A DNA stretch of 64,000 nucleotides from Octopus bimaculoides (taxonomy: Eukaryota), in NCBI RefSeq assembly GCF_001194135.2, contig NC_068983.1, positions 87,288,857 to 87,352,856 of the forward strand, written 5' to 3'. The number at the start of each line of letters is the position of its first letter. Position 1 is the stretch's first letter. Below the pieces are notes generated by a model. It was given only the letters and a program-made list of their open reading frames with translations. It did no database searches and was not told the origin of the DNA. A program made the translations under genes and the position numbers. Below are positions 38,401 to 50,188 of the stretch, in pieces.

Positions 38401-39264
38401 CTATTTCTCATTTTTTAGATTGCAAGTTTCTTGTTAGACCAATCTGCTGCAATGCATACTGGCAACCTTTCGACCTACATCTATCTAAAAGCTTTGATAT
38501 AGTATAGTTTAATTAGGACTTGTGCACTTTTCATTTTATACTTTACCAATCTATTTGTCATAATTTCTAACCATGTAGATGTCATTACTCTTAACTTCTT
38601 TTTAACCTTATGCATATGGGTACAATCCATATACAACTTAACACTTCAAGCTCTAGTATGAGTTGTCAAGGTTGCATGTGGATAGTGCTTGGACTGGCAT
38701 GTACTTATTTCATAAGTAGAAACATTTCAGTGAGGACACTATAGTCTCAACAGCAGAAAAAGAGAATATAATCCATTTTTGACACTTTTACAAAACTATA
38801 TTAGTGCTATTACAAGAAACCATTTAACTGAATGGCAGAGTCACTCCACTTATATCCACTTTTTTTTTTGCCTCTTATACTGTTAATGCAACTAGCAAGC
38901 TGCAAATTACCTCCATTCATTATTTCTTTTGTTTCTCACCAGTAGACATTATAGTAAATATTTTGCTCAATCATTCTTTCAAAGAACTGAAACCTTCTGG
39001 AATTCTTTCCTTGTCCACTTTTTACTGCAGTCATCAACTAATCGTTGATCCAACTTAACATTAATCTCACCAACTTGAAGAGTCTAAAAAAGGTCATACA
39101 CAATGCTCTATCTCACCCTTTGACAAATCATGAAAATATTAATACAATGGTCATTCCAGCTGTGTGATTCACATCTGGGATTACAACAATGAATACTTAT
39201 GGGTAACCTATATTGTAACCCCAGACATAAATCACAGACTTAACTGATTAAGTCTATAATTATA

Positions 39265-39476
39265 CAGGGTGTCCATAAAGTCTGGGTATATGGAGTAAAT
39301 AATATCATAACATAAACAATTAAATATAAGAAATAATAATTTCTTAAAGTATGTGTTAATCCCCATGTGGGTACATGAAGTAAATAAAATCATAACATAA
39401 ACAATTAAATATAAGAAATAATAATTTCTTAAAGTATGTGTTAATCCCCATGTACCCAGACTTTGTGGACACCCTG
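39265..39476. mobile_element. Tc1/mariner-superfamily MITE with internal 85-bp tandem duplication
   Basis: TA flanks; TIR cagggtgtccataaagtctgggta / tacccagactttgtggacaccctg (1 mismatch). Confidence 0.9.
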
Positions 39477-40321
39477 TAGTATATAATTGTGTTTATATAA
39501 CGTGAATAATGATTAATAATGTTAAGTTACAACAGAATGATGACTGATGATGGTTAAGTTTCACTTGTGATCCAACATGAATTGCAGTAATCAGATATAC
39601 CATGGATTGTAAGATGTCAAAATAATTAATCTCTACTGTAACATCAAAGATTGTGCTATACATGTTATTAGTTAAGAATTACCCTATCCTAGTGGATATA
39701 ACATGGATTAAGTCTCTTCAAGAAAGGTGATAATGTTTAGATCAGTTGTTTACAAAAATAATTCACAAAAGTGTTTATTAAAGCACTGAGGTTATCAGAC
39801 ATATTATTAAAAAGGTTGTCACAACACTGGTTTACATCAGATGGTTATACAAGAAATATAGAATTAGTTGTAGAGTGATTTCATCAGAGGAAAACACAAT
39901 GGGGTTAATTTCAACAGTTTCATCGACAGGTAGAATAAGTTATATAAAAGCACTGTATACAGGTTACCTTAGTAGACATATATAGTGGTTACATCAGAGA
40001 ACCAGCAATGGTTACACAAATAATTCCATTGGAGAAATTTTATAGGGATAATAATACAAATTACTCAGATGGGTTACGTAGTAGTTGCAGCATTAGTTAC
40101 ATCATAAAAGTTACAGTGAGTACATCATAGAGATAACACAGAAATTACAACACACACAGTGGTTATATGAAAAGGAATACAACAGCGTCTCCAACAGGAA
40201 AGGGGTTACAACAAGGATTACAGCAATATGAATTTACAAGGGTGTATCTGGTGCAAGACAGGGGCTAAAATGCCCACTGAAATGATATTCTCCTATGTCT
40301 TTATAGAATGTAAGGAATGTA

Positions 40322-41581
40322 CAATAAGTCAGCTGAAAAGTTCATTGGCTGAACAAGATACTCTCATGGATTGTGACCAAATAAGGTTTATTTTTCAACA
40401 TAGTCCTCCTTGTGGTCCACACAGTTCTTCCATCGGTGTTGCAGTGCTTGGATCCCATTGGCAAAGAAGCTTTCATCCTGTTTCTCAAAAAAGTTATCAA
40501 CGACAGTTATGATTTCATCATCACTACAATGCTGGTTCCCAGCCAAGTGTTTTTTCATGTTGGGGAATAGATGATAATTAGATGGTGCCAAATCAGGAAA
40601 AAACTGGGAGTGATCAATCAGTTCAAAGCCACAGTCACGCACAGCAGCCATTGAAACAAAAGACTTATGTGCTGGTGCACTGTCCCAATGAAACAAGACC
40701 CCTTTCATCAGTTTTCTTGATAGCCTTTTGTAACTGTTCCAGCAAGTTGGCATAGTACTTTTCATTGATGGTGTGGTTCTTTTGTAGATAATCAATAAAC
40801 ACAATGCCTTTTGCATCCCATAAAACTGAGGCCATCACCTTTCCTGTAGATGAAACAACCTGGCCTTCTTTGGAGCAGCTGAGGAGAGTTGTCTTCATTG
40901 CATGGATTGTTTCTTTATCTCTGGCTCAACGTGATCAATCCAACACTCATCCTGGGTTAGAAAATGTTCAAGGAAACCAGTTGGAAATGTCTCAAACAAT
41001 GTCAGATTTTCCCATGATGTGATCAGCCTGGCGAGCTTTTGATGAGGTGTTAGAAGACTTGGCAGCCACTGAGCAGAAACCTTCATTATGCTAAGTTCAT
41101 TGTGCAGAATATTCTCAACCCTCTCATGACATATGCTAATAGCATTGTCTGTTTGGTTTATAGTCAATTGCCTCTCATTCATCACCTTGTGATGAACATG
41201 ATCAATGTTTTCCTTGGTGGTGGCAGTTGCAGACATTGGATCATCAAGACTCTCCCCTCCTGAATTCAGCAGAGCCCACTTTTGCACTGTCAATAAAACT
41301 GGCGAGTCCATGTCAGCATGAATGTTGCTGTTGTTGCGGGGGTGGGGGCTTAAACCTTTTTTCTTCAGGTACTTGGTAATATCACAATGCCAAATTTTGT
41401 CCATTTTCAGGAAGTTACTACTAATTACTTTTGAGTTTACTTTGAACAGTCAGATGTCAGTTTATCAAGAAAGAAACAAGGCATTTATTAATAAGAAGAG
41501 CTGAAAGTGATGCATGCAAAATTTCACAGCTCTGGCCTTATTCCTTCATAGTCAGTCTATGAACTTTTCAGCTCACCCTTG
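40322..41581 (-). mobile_element. Degenerate mariner transposon (different subfamily from 3731-4930)
   Basis: TIR core agctgaaaagttcat at both ends; ORFs with VMASVLWDAKGIVFIDYL, LFHWDSAPAH and PDLAPSNYHLF. Confidence 0.92.
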
Positions 41582-41964
41582 TGTGTAGAAGTTAAGGGTG
41601 TTAACATCATTGTTGATGTTAAGGTATTGTGGGAAACATTTAGCAGCATGGTTTTGTTGATGCTGTTGCTTGAATTAAAAGGATATTTTAAAGTAAATAT
41701 GGGGGCCAAACAAAGTGATATTATTGTTAGTATTTGAAAAAAAATGTAAGAAATGTGTGGCTGCATTACACACATTTTTTTATGTGTTAAAGAATTTTAG
41801 AAAATATGAAAACAGCAAGGTAATGGTTATGTCTTAACATTATTACTAATGTTGGTGGAAAAAGAGATTGATCACTATGAAGAACCAAATACTGTTTATA
41901 GAGGAATCATAATCTTCTCTTAGTATACATATTTAGAACACAAGGAGAAGAATATGTTAATTAC

Positions 41965-42147
41965 CTTTTGATAGACATATCCATCGGGGTTTCCCCAACC
42001 AAATATTGGATGGGTTGAACTAAACCCATTTATAGCTGGCTGAGAATTTATGGTCAAAACACCATTTTTGTTCAGATATGCCAACTGGTCTGATATTAAA
42101 GAAGTTTCAGTAGACAAGACATCATCACTCCAAGGTATGTGTGTTAC
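41965..42147 (-). CDS. MTHFR: MTHFR coding exon 6
   Basis: 183 nt; VTHIPWSDDVLSTETSLI...GVLTINSQPAING...GWGNPDGYVYQK; AG/GT boundaries. Confidence 0.97.
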
Positions 42148-42460
42148 CTGTAAAAGCAGTTTCATTTAAAAGTGGAAACAAATTCTAAGTTATTTTTCTG
42201 ATCTCACAAAAGAAAAAAAAAAAAAAAAATTACAGATATTAATTAATCATACAGCAATTAATGAATGTTGAACTATAACTATACTTAATATGCCACACAT
42301 ACATATCTGGTGCAAGCTAAAAACAGAAAAAAATGCTTGTTCAAATAACAATAACATTTTCTATAAACATCATCGTACCTTTTCTGATTATCAATTAGTA
42401 TGTGGGTATGAATGATGTTTTCTCTTACAGAAGTAATAATCTGTATAATCTATAAACATT

Positions 42461-42494
<34 letters not shown>

Positions 42495-43069
42495 GACAAA
42501 AATTTGTAAATGTGATGGAGTGCTTCAGCTATATTACCAAACCTAGTTTTGGAGTTCCAGACAATATCAAGAAGAATGATAGCAATGAAGCTATGAGCTG
42601 AAATGCTAACTGTCTATTTAAAAATTCAAACCTTGTTATAACCATTGCACTGTACCTCTAAGCAAGACATAACCTTGCTTGCCGCAGTCTGTCTAATTAA
42701 CAACAGATTTTACAGCTACTTCATGATTGTGTCTGCAGTGAACAGTATCTTTTTCTAGAAATACAAAATATATTTCAGCTGTAATATACAGTAGTTAAAG
42801 TTTCAAAACCATTCAACACACACTATCAAAGAAAGAGAAAAAATAAATCTACAATAATGTACTAAACAAGAATAAAACTAGAAATTTATCTATAAACTAA
42901 CATGAAATCAAATAAAAAAAAATTGAATTAAGCTTCTTTTGTTTGTTTTGTAGCCACAAAACTGGAAAGAATTACTGAGATATAGATTTTTAATCAATTG
43001 TCTTAGACTTGAAGATCTTCCATGACCCTTTTGTCTAAGAAAAGGAAGACATTGTTTTTCACAGCTCAC

Positions 43070-43633
43070 CTTTACTCCATTTTGGTTTTCATGTCCTTTG
43101 ATGAAATAGTAAAATACATTCCACACATCCTGCTCTGTCTCTAGCTGAAATCCTAATGATTTTAATTGCTCCTCATTACTAGAATAATTTAGATAAAACA
43201 TATAGTAGTCAGTCAAATTTCCAAAACTAGCATGTGAAGAATTACCCCATCTACCATTTGGGAATTTATTCCAGTCTGCTGTTCGACAAATGTAGCTCTT
43301 ACGACGACCTTTCCAAAAGATTGGGCGGACTTCTTCGTTAAGCCTTACATAGTTTACAGAAGGCTTCCATGGTAAAGGCTTGTTGATTTCCTCATTTAGA
43401 AGACCAAGCTGTTTTAAAATTGTGGTTGTGGCAAACCTTTGGTTGAGAGTGTAAAAATGTATTCCTTTTGTCAAACCACTGTTCAAAAGTTTCTTTCCTA
43501 ATTCAACTGCATGATGCACACCAAAGTTGCGAACAGCTTCATCATTGTCTTTAATTGGTGTTATGCTGTTAAGAATTTCTTCAGGCACTGTAAGCTTTGT
43601 CAGCTTACTGACATGGTGAAGAGACAGGTAACT
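43070..43633 (-). CDS. MTHFR: MTHFR coding exon 5 (end of catalytic domain, linker, start of regulatory domain)
   Basis: 564 nt; SYLSLHHVSKLTKLTVPEEI...GIHFYTLN...VRPIFW...FPNGRWGNSS...NQNGVK; gtgag donor. Confidence 0.97.
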
Positions 43634-43837
43634 CTGTAGAAATAAGCAAATAAATAAAAAATAATATCTGATGATTTAATTTTAATTCTGGTTATATTTC
43701 AACATTGCAATACTAAAGTGTATACGTTGGTAAGTTCTAAATTAACAAATATGTTAATCAGGAGAATATAATAGCATATAATATTTTTGTACATTTTAAA
43801 AACTTTGTCCAAATGATCATCTTATGTGTTTTATCAT

Positions 43838-44110
43838 CATCATTATCATCATCGTTTAACGTCTGTTTTCCATGCTGGCAGGGGCTGGATGGTTTGACTG
43901 AGGTCTGAAAAGCCAGTGGCTGCACCAGGCTCCAATCTGACCTGGCAATGTTTCTACAGCTGGATGCCCTTCCTAACGTCAACCACTTTGAGAGCGTAGT
44001 GGGTGCTTTTTATGTGCCAACAGCACAGGAGTCGGTCAGGCGGCCCTGGCATCGATCATGTTCGGATAGTGCTTTTTACGTGCCACCAGCACGGGAGCCA
44101 GTCAGGGGGC
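43838..44110 (-). mobile_element. Short retroposon with RTE-like GTTAAACGATGATGATG 3' tail
   Basis: catcatcatcgtttaacgtctgttttccatgctggc; related copies near 930-980, 8215-8350, 50530-50700 and 54662-54927. Confidence 0.7.
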
Positions 44111-44149
44111 ACTGGGCAACATGAAACTGACTTACATACATACATACAA

Positions 44150-44455
44150 CTGGCACTCCATCAGTTATGACAACAAGGGTTCCAGTTGATCCAATCAATG
44201 GAACAGCCTTCTCATGAAATTAATGTGCAAGTGGCAGAGCATACTCTTGATATAGTTCTCAGGGAGATTCAGCATGACACAGAACGTGACAAGGCTGGCC
44301 CTTTGAAATACAGGCACTACTCATTTTGCCAGCTGAGTGAACTGGAGCAACATGAAGTGTCTTGCTCAAGGACACAATGTGCTGCCAGGTATCAAACTCT
44401 TGATCTTACGATTGTGAGGTGAATACCCCTAACCACTCAGCTATGCACCTTCAGA
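44150..44455 (-). mobile_element. tRNA-derived SINE
   Basis: ggttccagttgatccaatcaatggaacagcc tail region; head on minus; same family as 50189-50510 and 51282-51560. Confidence 0.8.
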
Positions 44456-45119
44456 ACATACATACATACTTACATGCATGCATACCTATATAAGTGAAAT
44501 AGCACAAATGGAATGAAGAGAAAAGACAGACCATTGAATGTTGAAAGTAGTTACACCAAGCAAACAAAATGCAAGTACACAAAAAAAATATTACCAAAAA
44601 AAAGTGTGCACAGTGAACTGTGTGCTGTCAAAAGAAAAAGGAAACTAATATTTCGGGTGAACCCTTTATCAAAGTAGAGTAAAAGAGAACTAAAGAAGAA
44701 AAAACAAGAAAAGAAACAATACCTTTTTAAAGCATGTGCATCTTTTGACTACATGATATATATGTGAGTGTAACACACACACACACCTTGTTGCCACCAT
44801 CTTTGTCTTCCTTCCAGTACTCTCACCCACTTTTATATAATGTGGGTTAGCTATGTATCTCCTCTATAGCAGACATCTGTACCTGCCCCTAATCATAATT
44901 TAGCGTTTCAACACATGGCATTAAACCACCCCACTCTCCACTACAGCCTCACAAAGTAAAGAGGTCCTTTTTTTTGTCTTGGAAGTTGCTAGATGAACTC
45001 ATTATTACTGGTGTTAGAAAAAATATTCAGTATGTAAGACATTTCACTTCAGATAATAATTGGCTAAACTTCCTGGGAATATCAACATAAAAAAAAAAAA
45101 AACCATTACCCATTTTTAC

Positions 45120-45313
45120 CTGAATAGGAAGAATTCCTGGTAGTATTGGACAGGTGATGCCAATTTCTCTACAATCTTTGACATATTTTTCAAAAGTGTG
45201 CATTTCAAAAAATAGTTGTGTTATAATAAAATCAGCACCAGCATCGACCTTCTCTTTCAGATGTTTTAAGTCCTCTTCATAAGAAGCACATTCTGGGTGA
45301 CCTGAGGGGTAAC
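45120..45313 (-). CDS. MTHFR: MTHFR coding exon 4
   Basis: 194 nt; [36 protein letters not shown]...[11 protein letters not shown]; AG/GT boundaries. Confidence 0.97.
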
Positions 45314-45559
45314 CTGAATTTGAAGCAAAACAGTTTGTAGATATTTACAAATATATTTAAAAGAATTTTGTGTTATTTATTTTGTAAACAACATTGTTAA
45401 TTACTTTAGGTTTCCAATGTGCCATCTCTGATTCATTACTCTATTATCTGTTGCAAAAATGTATTGGAACTTAACGATGTATGTACATGCTTACATATAT
45501 ATGTACATACATATGAGCAATGGTCCATCTACCATGACTAAGTTATGGGAATGTAAACA

Positions 45560-45810
45560 AACCAACTCTGGTTGCCGAGCAGAGATGGGGTGGGGGTGCT
45601 TAAATACAAATACAAAGACACACATCATCATCATGAACACACACACACATACAAACGATGGGCTTCTTTCAGTTTCTGTCTACCAAATCCACACACAAAG
45701 CTTTGGTTAGCCTGGTGCTACAGCAGAAGACATTTGCTCAAGATGCTATGCAGTGGGACTGAACCCAAAACTATGTGTTTGGGTTGCAAGCTTATAACCT
45801 TTCAGCCAAG
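45560..45810 (-). mobile_element. tRNA-derived SINE (family of 12950-13335)
   Basis: gggcttctttcagtttctgtctaccaaatccac...gcagtgggactgaaccc body. Confidence 0.7.
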
Positions 45811-45926
45811 TCAACAAGAAATTAAAAAAAAAACTTCTATTCCCTTTTTGGAAACAGTAACATCAGCAAGGATCAAGAAAATAATTCTTCAGTTCTTAGA
45901 TATACTTGAACCTGAGTAGTTCTGGT

Positions 45927-46268
45927 CAGTGGTGGACTGGGTCTAAAAATATTGGTTGCCAGGAGACTAAGGGGGCCCACCCACAACTACAAGGGGAGGG
46001 GGGGCACCTGCAACAACAAGGGGGCTCATCTGCAACTACAATGCTATCATTTAATTATTTTTTTTTGCTTAAAAGTATTCTTTTCACCTGTCTACAAACA
46101 CAGCCAAGCTGAAATAATTAATGCATTTTTCCACAAGTGAATAAAAAATTCTCAAACTTGAGGGGACAGGCCCCTTAGATACTAACATGGGCCCCCATAT
46201 ACGAATTCTAATGGCGCAGGGGCCCACTTGCCATCGAGCAAGCTGGCAACCAGGCCAGTCTGCCACTG
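45927..46268. mobile_element. hAT-family MITE
   Basis: Termini cagtggtggactgg / ccagtctgccactg; perfect 8-bp TSD GTTCTGGT (45919-45926, 46269-46276). Confidence 0.92.
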
Positions 46269-46326
46269 GTTCTGGTCACACTGGAGCACTGTCCTAATTT
46301 GTTAGATAATAAAAGATTGGTCTTAC

Positions 46327-46437
46327 CAGCAACAACAATCACAAAATGATCTCCATGTTCTTTCCGTATCAATCTGACCAAGTCTACAGCATAAGGTAGT
46401 TCATGTACAGTGCTAGCCACATGGCCTGGAAATATAT
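46327..46437 (-). CDS. MTHFR: MTHFR coding exon 3
   Basis: 111 nt; DIFPGHVASTVHELPYAVDLVRLIRKEHGDHFVIVVAG; AG/GT boundaries. Confidence 0.96.
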
Positions 46438-46819
46438 CTGAATAATAATAAAAATAATAATTTAGTCTTTTCAGGAATGATGGATCGTGAAGCAAATAAG
46501 GCTATAAATAATAGCATGTAAATATTAGGTAAAAAAAACCCTTTTGGACAGAAAAAAATCAAATGCTACCTGTGGGACTTGAACCCACATCTCCTGGAAG
46601 TATAACAGCATTTTACTATTAGAACAAAGCAATTCTTTGTATTTCTCAATCCATTATAGAAACTTTATTCTTGTTAGTAAGAATTGTATTACTTTTAAAT
46701 CTTAATGATAAACATTTTAATAACTATTTTACCCATTTTTCAATCCTTGATTGCATTGTTTACATAGAAGTATTCATATGTGAAATGTTGTAATAAATCA
46801 GTGCTGGCTCTAATTTGTA

Positions 46820-47090
46820 TAGAATATTTGTGCCTGGCAACAGTCTTGGTAGATACTCACAAGATTATCCACCGGCTTTCCAACAACAACTTTGGGCACC
46901 TTTTTGAATTCCATATGCCTGACACTCGTAGACATACTGACAAAATCAAAAAAACAACACAGCACCTATGACCTTTGGAAACGTTTTATGTTCAGAGTTA
47001 CTGAAGCATGGAATATACTATTTGCATCAGCTGCTAGCTGTCAAGACACTACATCCTTCAATACTTCCATGCTTCCTGAAATTCGTTTTC
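46820..47090 (+). mobile_element. CR1-like LINE 3' fragment
   Basis: gatactcacaagattatccaccggctttccaacaac...gaagcatggaat; homologous to 11720-12180. Confidence 0.75.
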
Positions 47091-47310
47091 AACAGTTTGA
47101 TGACCAACATAGAAGCTCTCTCATTTACTTGTGCAATGTATGTTGTATACAAGTGTGAATGTGTACATGCATAGAGATGAGTGTAAATAGCTATGAATAT
47201 ACATAAAAGGTGTGTGTTAGTATTTCTAATGATGTTCTGGGCAAGGACCTTGGTTCTACTACACCAAATACTTTTCTATGTCTTTACCTCACATAGAAAC
47301 AATATCTTAA

Positions 47311-47529
47311 CCCTTTACCATTTAGATTACACTGTCAAATGTAATGCTTCTTTATTCACATTGTTTTGATTTAATCATGCATTATCTCATAGCTTCAAGA
47401 GTTCAATAATGTGATTGCTTAATTTAAGAATGACATTGAAGAGTAAGTGTAAAATGCTGGACATGGTCAATTTTAACATAAAACAAGTAGAATATTTGAG
47501 CAGATTCGGTTGGTTTAAATGCTAAAGGG
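47311..47529. mobile_element. piggyBac-type MITE
   Basis: TTAA at both flanks; termini CCCTTTACCATTT / AAATGCTAAAGGG. Confidence 0.8.
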
Positions 47530-47561
47530 TTAATACAGACTAAAGAAAAAGAATCAGTTAC

Positions 47562-47803
47562 CTCCTCTTAAGGCTAAAATATTTCGTATTCCTTGATCTT
47601 TTGCTTTTAACAAAATGTCCTTGATCTCTGAGACAGACTGGCTGTAGCTTGTAATATGTAACATGGTTGGTAAATTGAAATAATTCAACATTGTACCTGC
47701 CATGCAGAGGGAACTAGTTGGTTTCTCTAAATTTTGAGGATCATTTTTCAAATGCCAGGTCATATCACAGAAGAGTGGCTGACTTTCAGCAAAACATTCC
47801 ATT
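47562..47803 (-). CDS. MTHFR: MTHFR coding exon 2
   Basis: ttgtag acceptor; MECFAESQPLFCDMTWH...MLHIT...GIRNILALRG; gtaact donor; 242 nt. Confidence 0.96.
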
Positions 47804-47854
47804 CTACAAATAAATAAATTTAAACAACAACAACAATAATAAAAAGGTAATCAT

Positions 47855-48081
47855 TATATCCAACTAAATATATAAGCTAATACTGTGTTATTAGTCTTGA
47901 GAGATCCTCTTATATAGGAACTTGGTGCATAAAAGCACACACTGAGACCGTAGCAGAAGAAATTTATCTGTATTTATCTACGTATGTGCTTTTATGCACC
48001 ATGCACCTATATGAGAGGACCTCTCAAGGCTAATAACAGTATTTGGTGTTCTAACAAGACATCCATGTTAAGTTGGATATA
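47855..48081. mobile_element. Hairpin MITE with long inverted arms
   Basis: tatatccaact / agttggatata termini plus about 60-bp arms (ttattagtcttgagagatcctc...gtgcataaaagcaca and its reverse complement). Confidence 0.8.
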
Positions 48082-48149
48082 AAGATTACCTTTTGGTATT
48101 AATACTGCTTCCATCACTAATAATTAATTTATAATAGTAATAGCTTCTG

Positions 48150-48345
48150 ATTTAGGCAGAAAGCCAAAAATTTTGAGGGGAAAAAGTAAGTAAATGCCAT
48201 CGACCTCAGTACTTGACTATTACTTTGTTCTATCAGCATCAAAAAGAAGAAAGGCAAAGCTAACCTTGGCTGGAGTTGAACTCAGAATATAAAGAGCAGG
48301 AAGAAATACCCACAAGGCATTTTGCCCAATGCTCTAATGATTCTG
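48150..48345 (-). mobile_element. Older GGCGGCGAG-family SINE copy
   Basis: aaggcaaagctaaccttggctggagttgaactcagaat core. Confidence 0.6.
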
Positions 48346-49945
48346 TCAATAATATATATTTTTCTGTCTCTATAGAGTTGACGTATATACATATTCATAC
48401 ATATAAATGTTGAGAGAAAGTAAAGATTAAAGAAATCCAGGCGAATACCTTGGTCAGTATTCCATGCAAAAAACAGAATGTCAAAGTTAAAGCAGAATCT
48501 GTATACATTAAATCCACAGTGTTTCATACAAACTGTAAATTGGAGGAGATTCACCAACCATTTGGTTGGAGCATTTATTGTAGAGTATAATAGCAATTAC
48601 TGGAAATAAGGAAGAATGATGCTGTTACATATCTTTATTCAAGGTTATGATAATTTCAAATAGCTAAAACTATTTTTATCATTATACACAATGGTTTGTG
48701 CATATAAAGCTTATGAAAATCCATACCAGATACTTTTCTTGAATAGAGGAACACTTGATGTATATAACTTTGCTATTCTGCAACTTGACATCCTTCACAG
48801 CATATATTTGTTAAAAATTCTCAAAATTTACCGTAATAATTTAAAGGTCTAATGAGAATGGTAGAGGGCAAACTATTTTATCAATTGGTTAATCATTGTA
48901 TGGATTTACATAAACTGTATATGTACAAATCAATGCATGTAGACAAAAATAAAAGCACAAAGCTAGCAAGTCATATCTGGGACCCGAAGGACAGCAGTGT
49001 ATCATACACCATTTAATTGAAACATCATAGAGAATTAGGCCATACAATAACAGGTCAAAAAGTGCAGGCTTTGTATAGCTGACAATATACAACCTTATTA
49101 GATCAAAGACCTGCAATGACTATCTACATCTGAGATTAGAGATTTTTACAAGATGTATGCATTTCAATAAGTTTGTGTCATTGAATTGGACAATGCCACT
49201 CCACGCACTGATTAGACACATAGCTTAACACACTTTAGCCTTTCTTGCATTCAACTACCCCCATGAGGTATTGTCTTATTTTTAGAAGTGAGTACTTAAC
49301 ATTATTTTTCATTTAATAGGTTAAAGGGACATAACCTAAATTGCATGAATGGACTTATTCCCCTCAGCCTTAAAATGTTTCTTAACATTCTTTTCTTCTC
49401 GTAACGTCTCTCTTTTTTTTTTTTGTATTTTCTCAAATACCTATGTTATCTGAGCCTGAAAGATTGCTGGATTATACATGGTAGGCTATACAAGTTCATC
49501 TAATCACTGCACTATACAAGCATGAAATTGAAGTAGCTCACATATAAACTCCTGTATTCCTAAAGCATACTGCATTTTCTCTAGAATTGTTTCCTCTGCC
49601 ACTGTCTTGTTACTACAGGGGAGAAAACTCATATGGTGACATGATGCACCTATAGTGTGCTAAAGGTTAAAAAACCTACGGTCCCTAACTAAATTAGGAT
49701 GGTTTGCTGTGGGTGGCTGTGTGGTTACGAACAAACATATCAACCCTCTCAGTTTTCCCAATCTTCACACTGTGGAAACACCCAGGTTGTAATAGCTGGA
49801 GAGAGAGAAGGTTGCACCAGTGCTCAGCTGATACTCACTCATTGCAGCAATGTGAAATAAAGTGCCTTGCTTAAAGGGAAAATGGAATGTAAGCTCTCAA
49901 CACATGTAATATATGAAAAATGGTTACAAGAAAGAATGGTTTTAC

Positions 49946-50124
49946 ATGTCAAACAAATCTCTGGCCCCATTGGTAGTTTTTGGTGGAAAGAATTCCAAAG
50001 AGAACCAGGGATCATTTGAAGACATACGGAGTTTCATTTGGTCATTAAGAGAAATGAAATTATTTTTCATGGAAGACTTCCGTAGTAGTCCATTGCTTTC
50101 CTGTTTGTTGTTTATTTCATCCAT
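49946..50124 (-). CDS. MTHFR: MTHFR coding exon 1 (acceptor at 50137, 12-nt leader before ATG)
   Basis: MDEINNKQ...DPWFSLEFFPPKTTNGARDLFD; donor gtaaaa at 49945, phase 2. Confidence 0.93.
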
Positions 50125-50188
50125 TTTAAGAATTTTCTGAAAAAATAAACAAAGAAATCAAATATTAAAGGATTATACAAACATACAG

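Larger units (their letters stand above)
7037..50136 (-). other. MTHFR: MTHFR gene span (methylenetetrahydrofolate reductase; 9 coding exons, 626 aa)
   Basis: Exons of 179+242+111+194+564+183+99+123+186 coding nt = 1881 nt splice into one uninterrupted ORF with [35 protein letters not shown] and VTWGVFPG motifs. Confidence 0.97.

Noticed and set aside
45225-45240. Site equivalent to human MTHFR C677T (A222V)
   Set aside because: The sequence encodes the ordinary Ala (GADF), so nothing is unusual.
48889-49116. 75-aa minus-strand ORF in MTHFR intron 1 as an alternative exon
   Set aside because: No MTHFR similarity, and exons 1 and 2 already join in frame.
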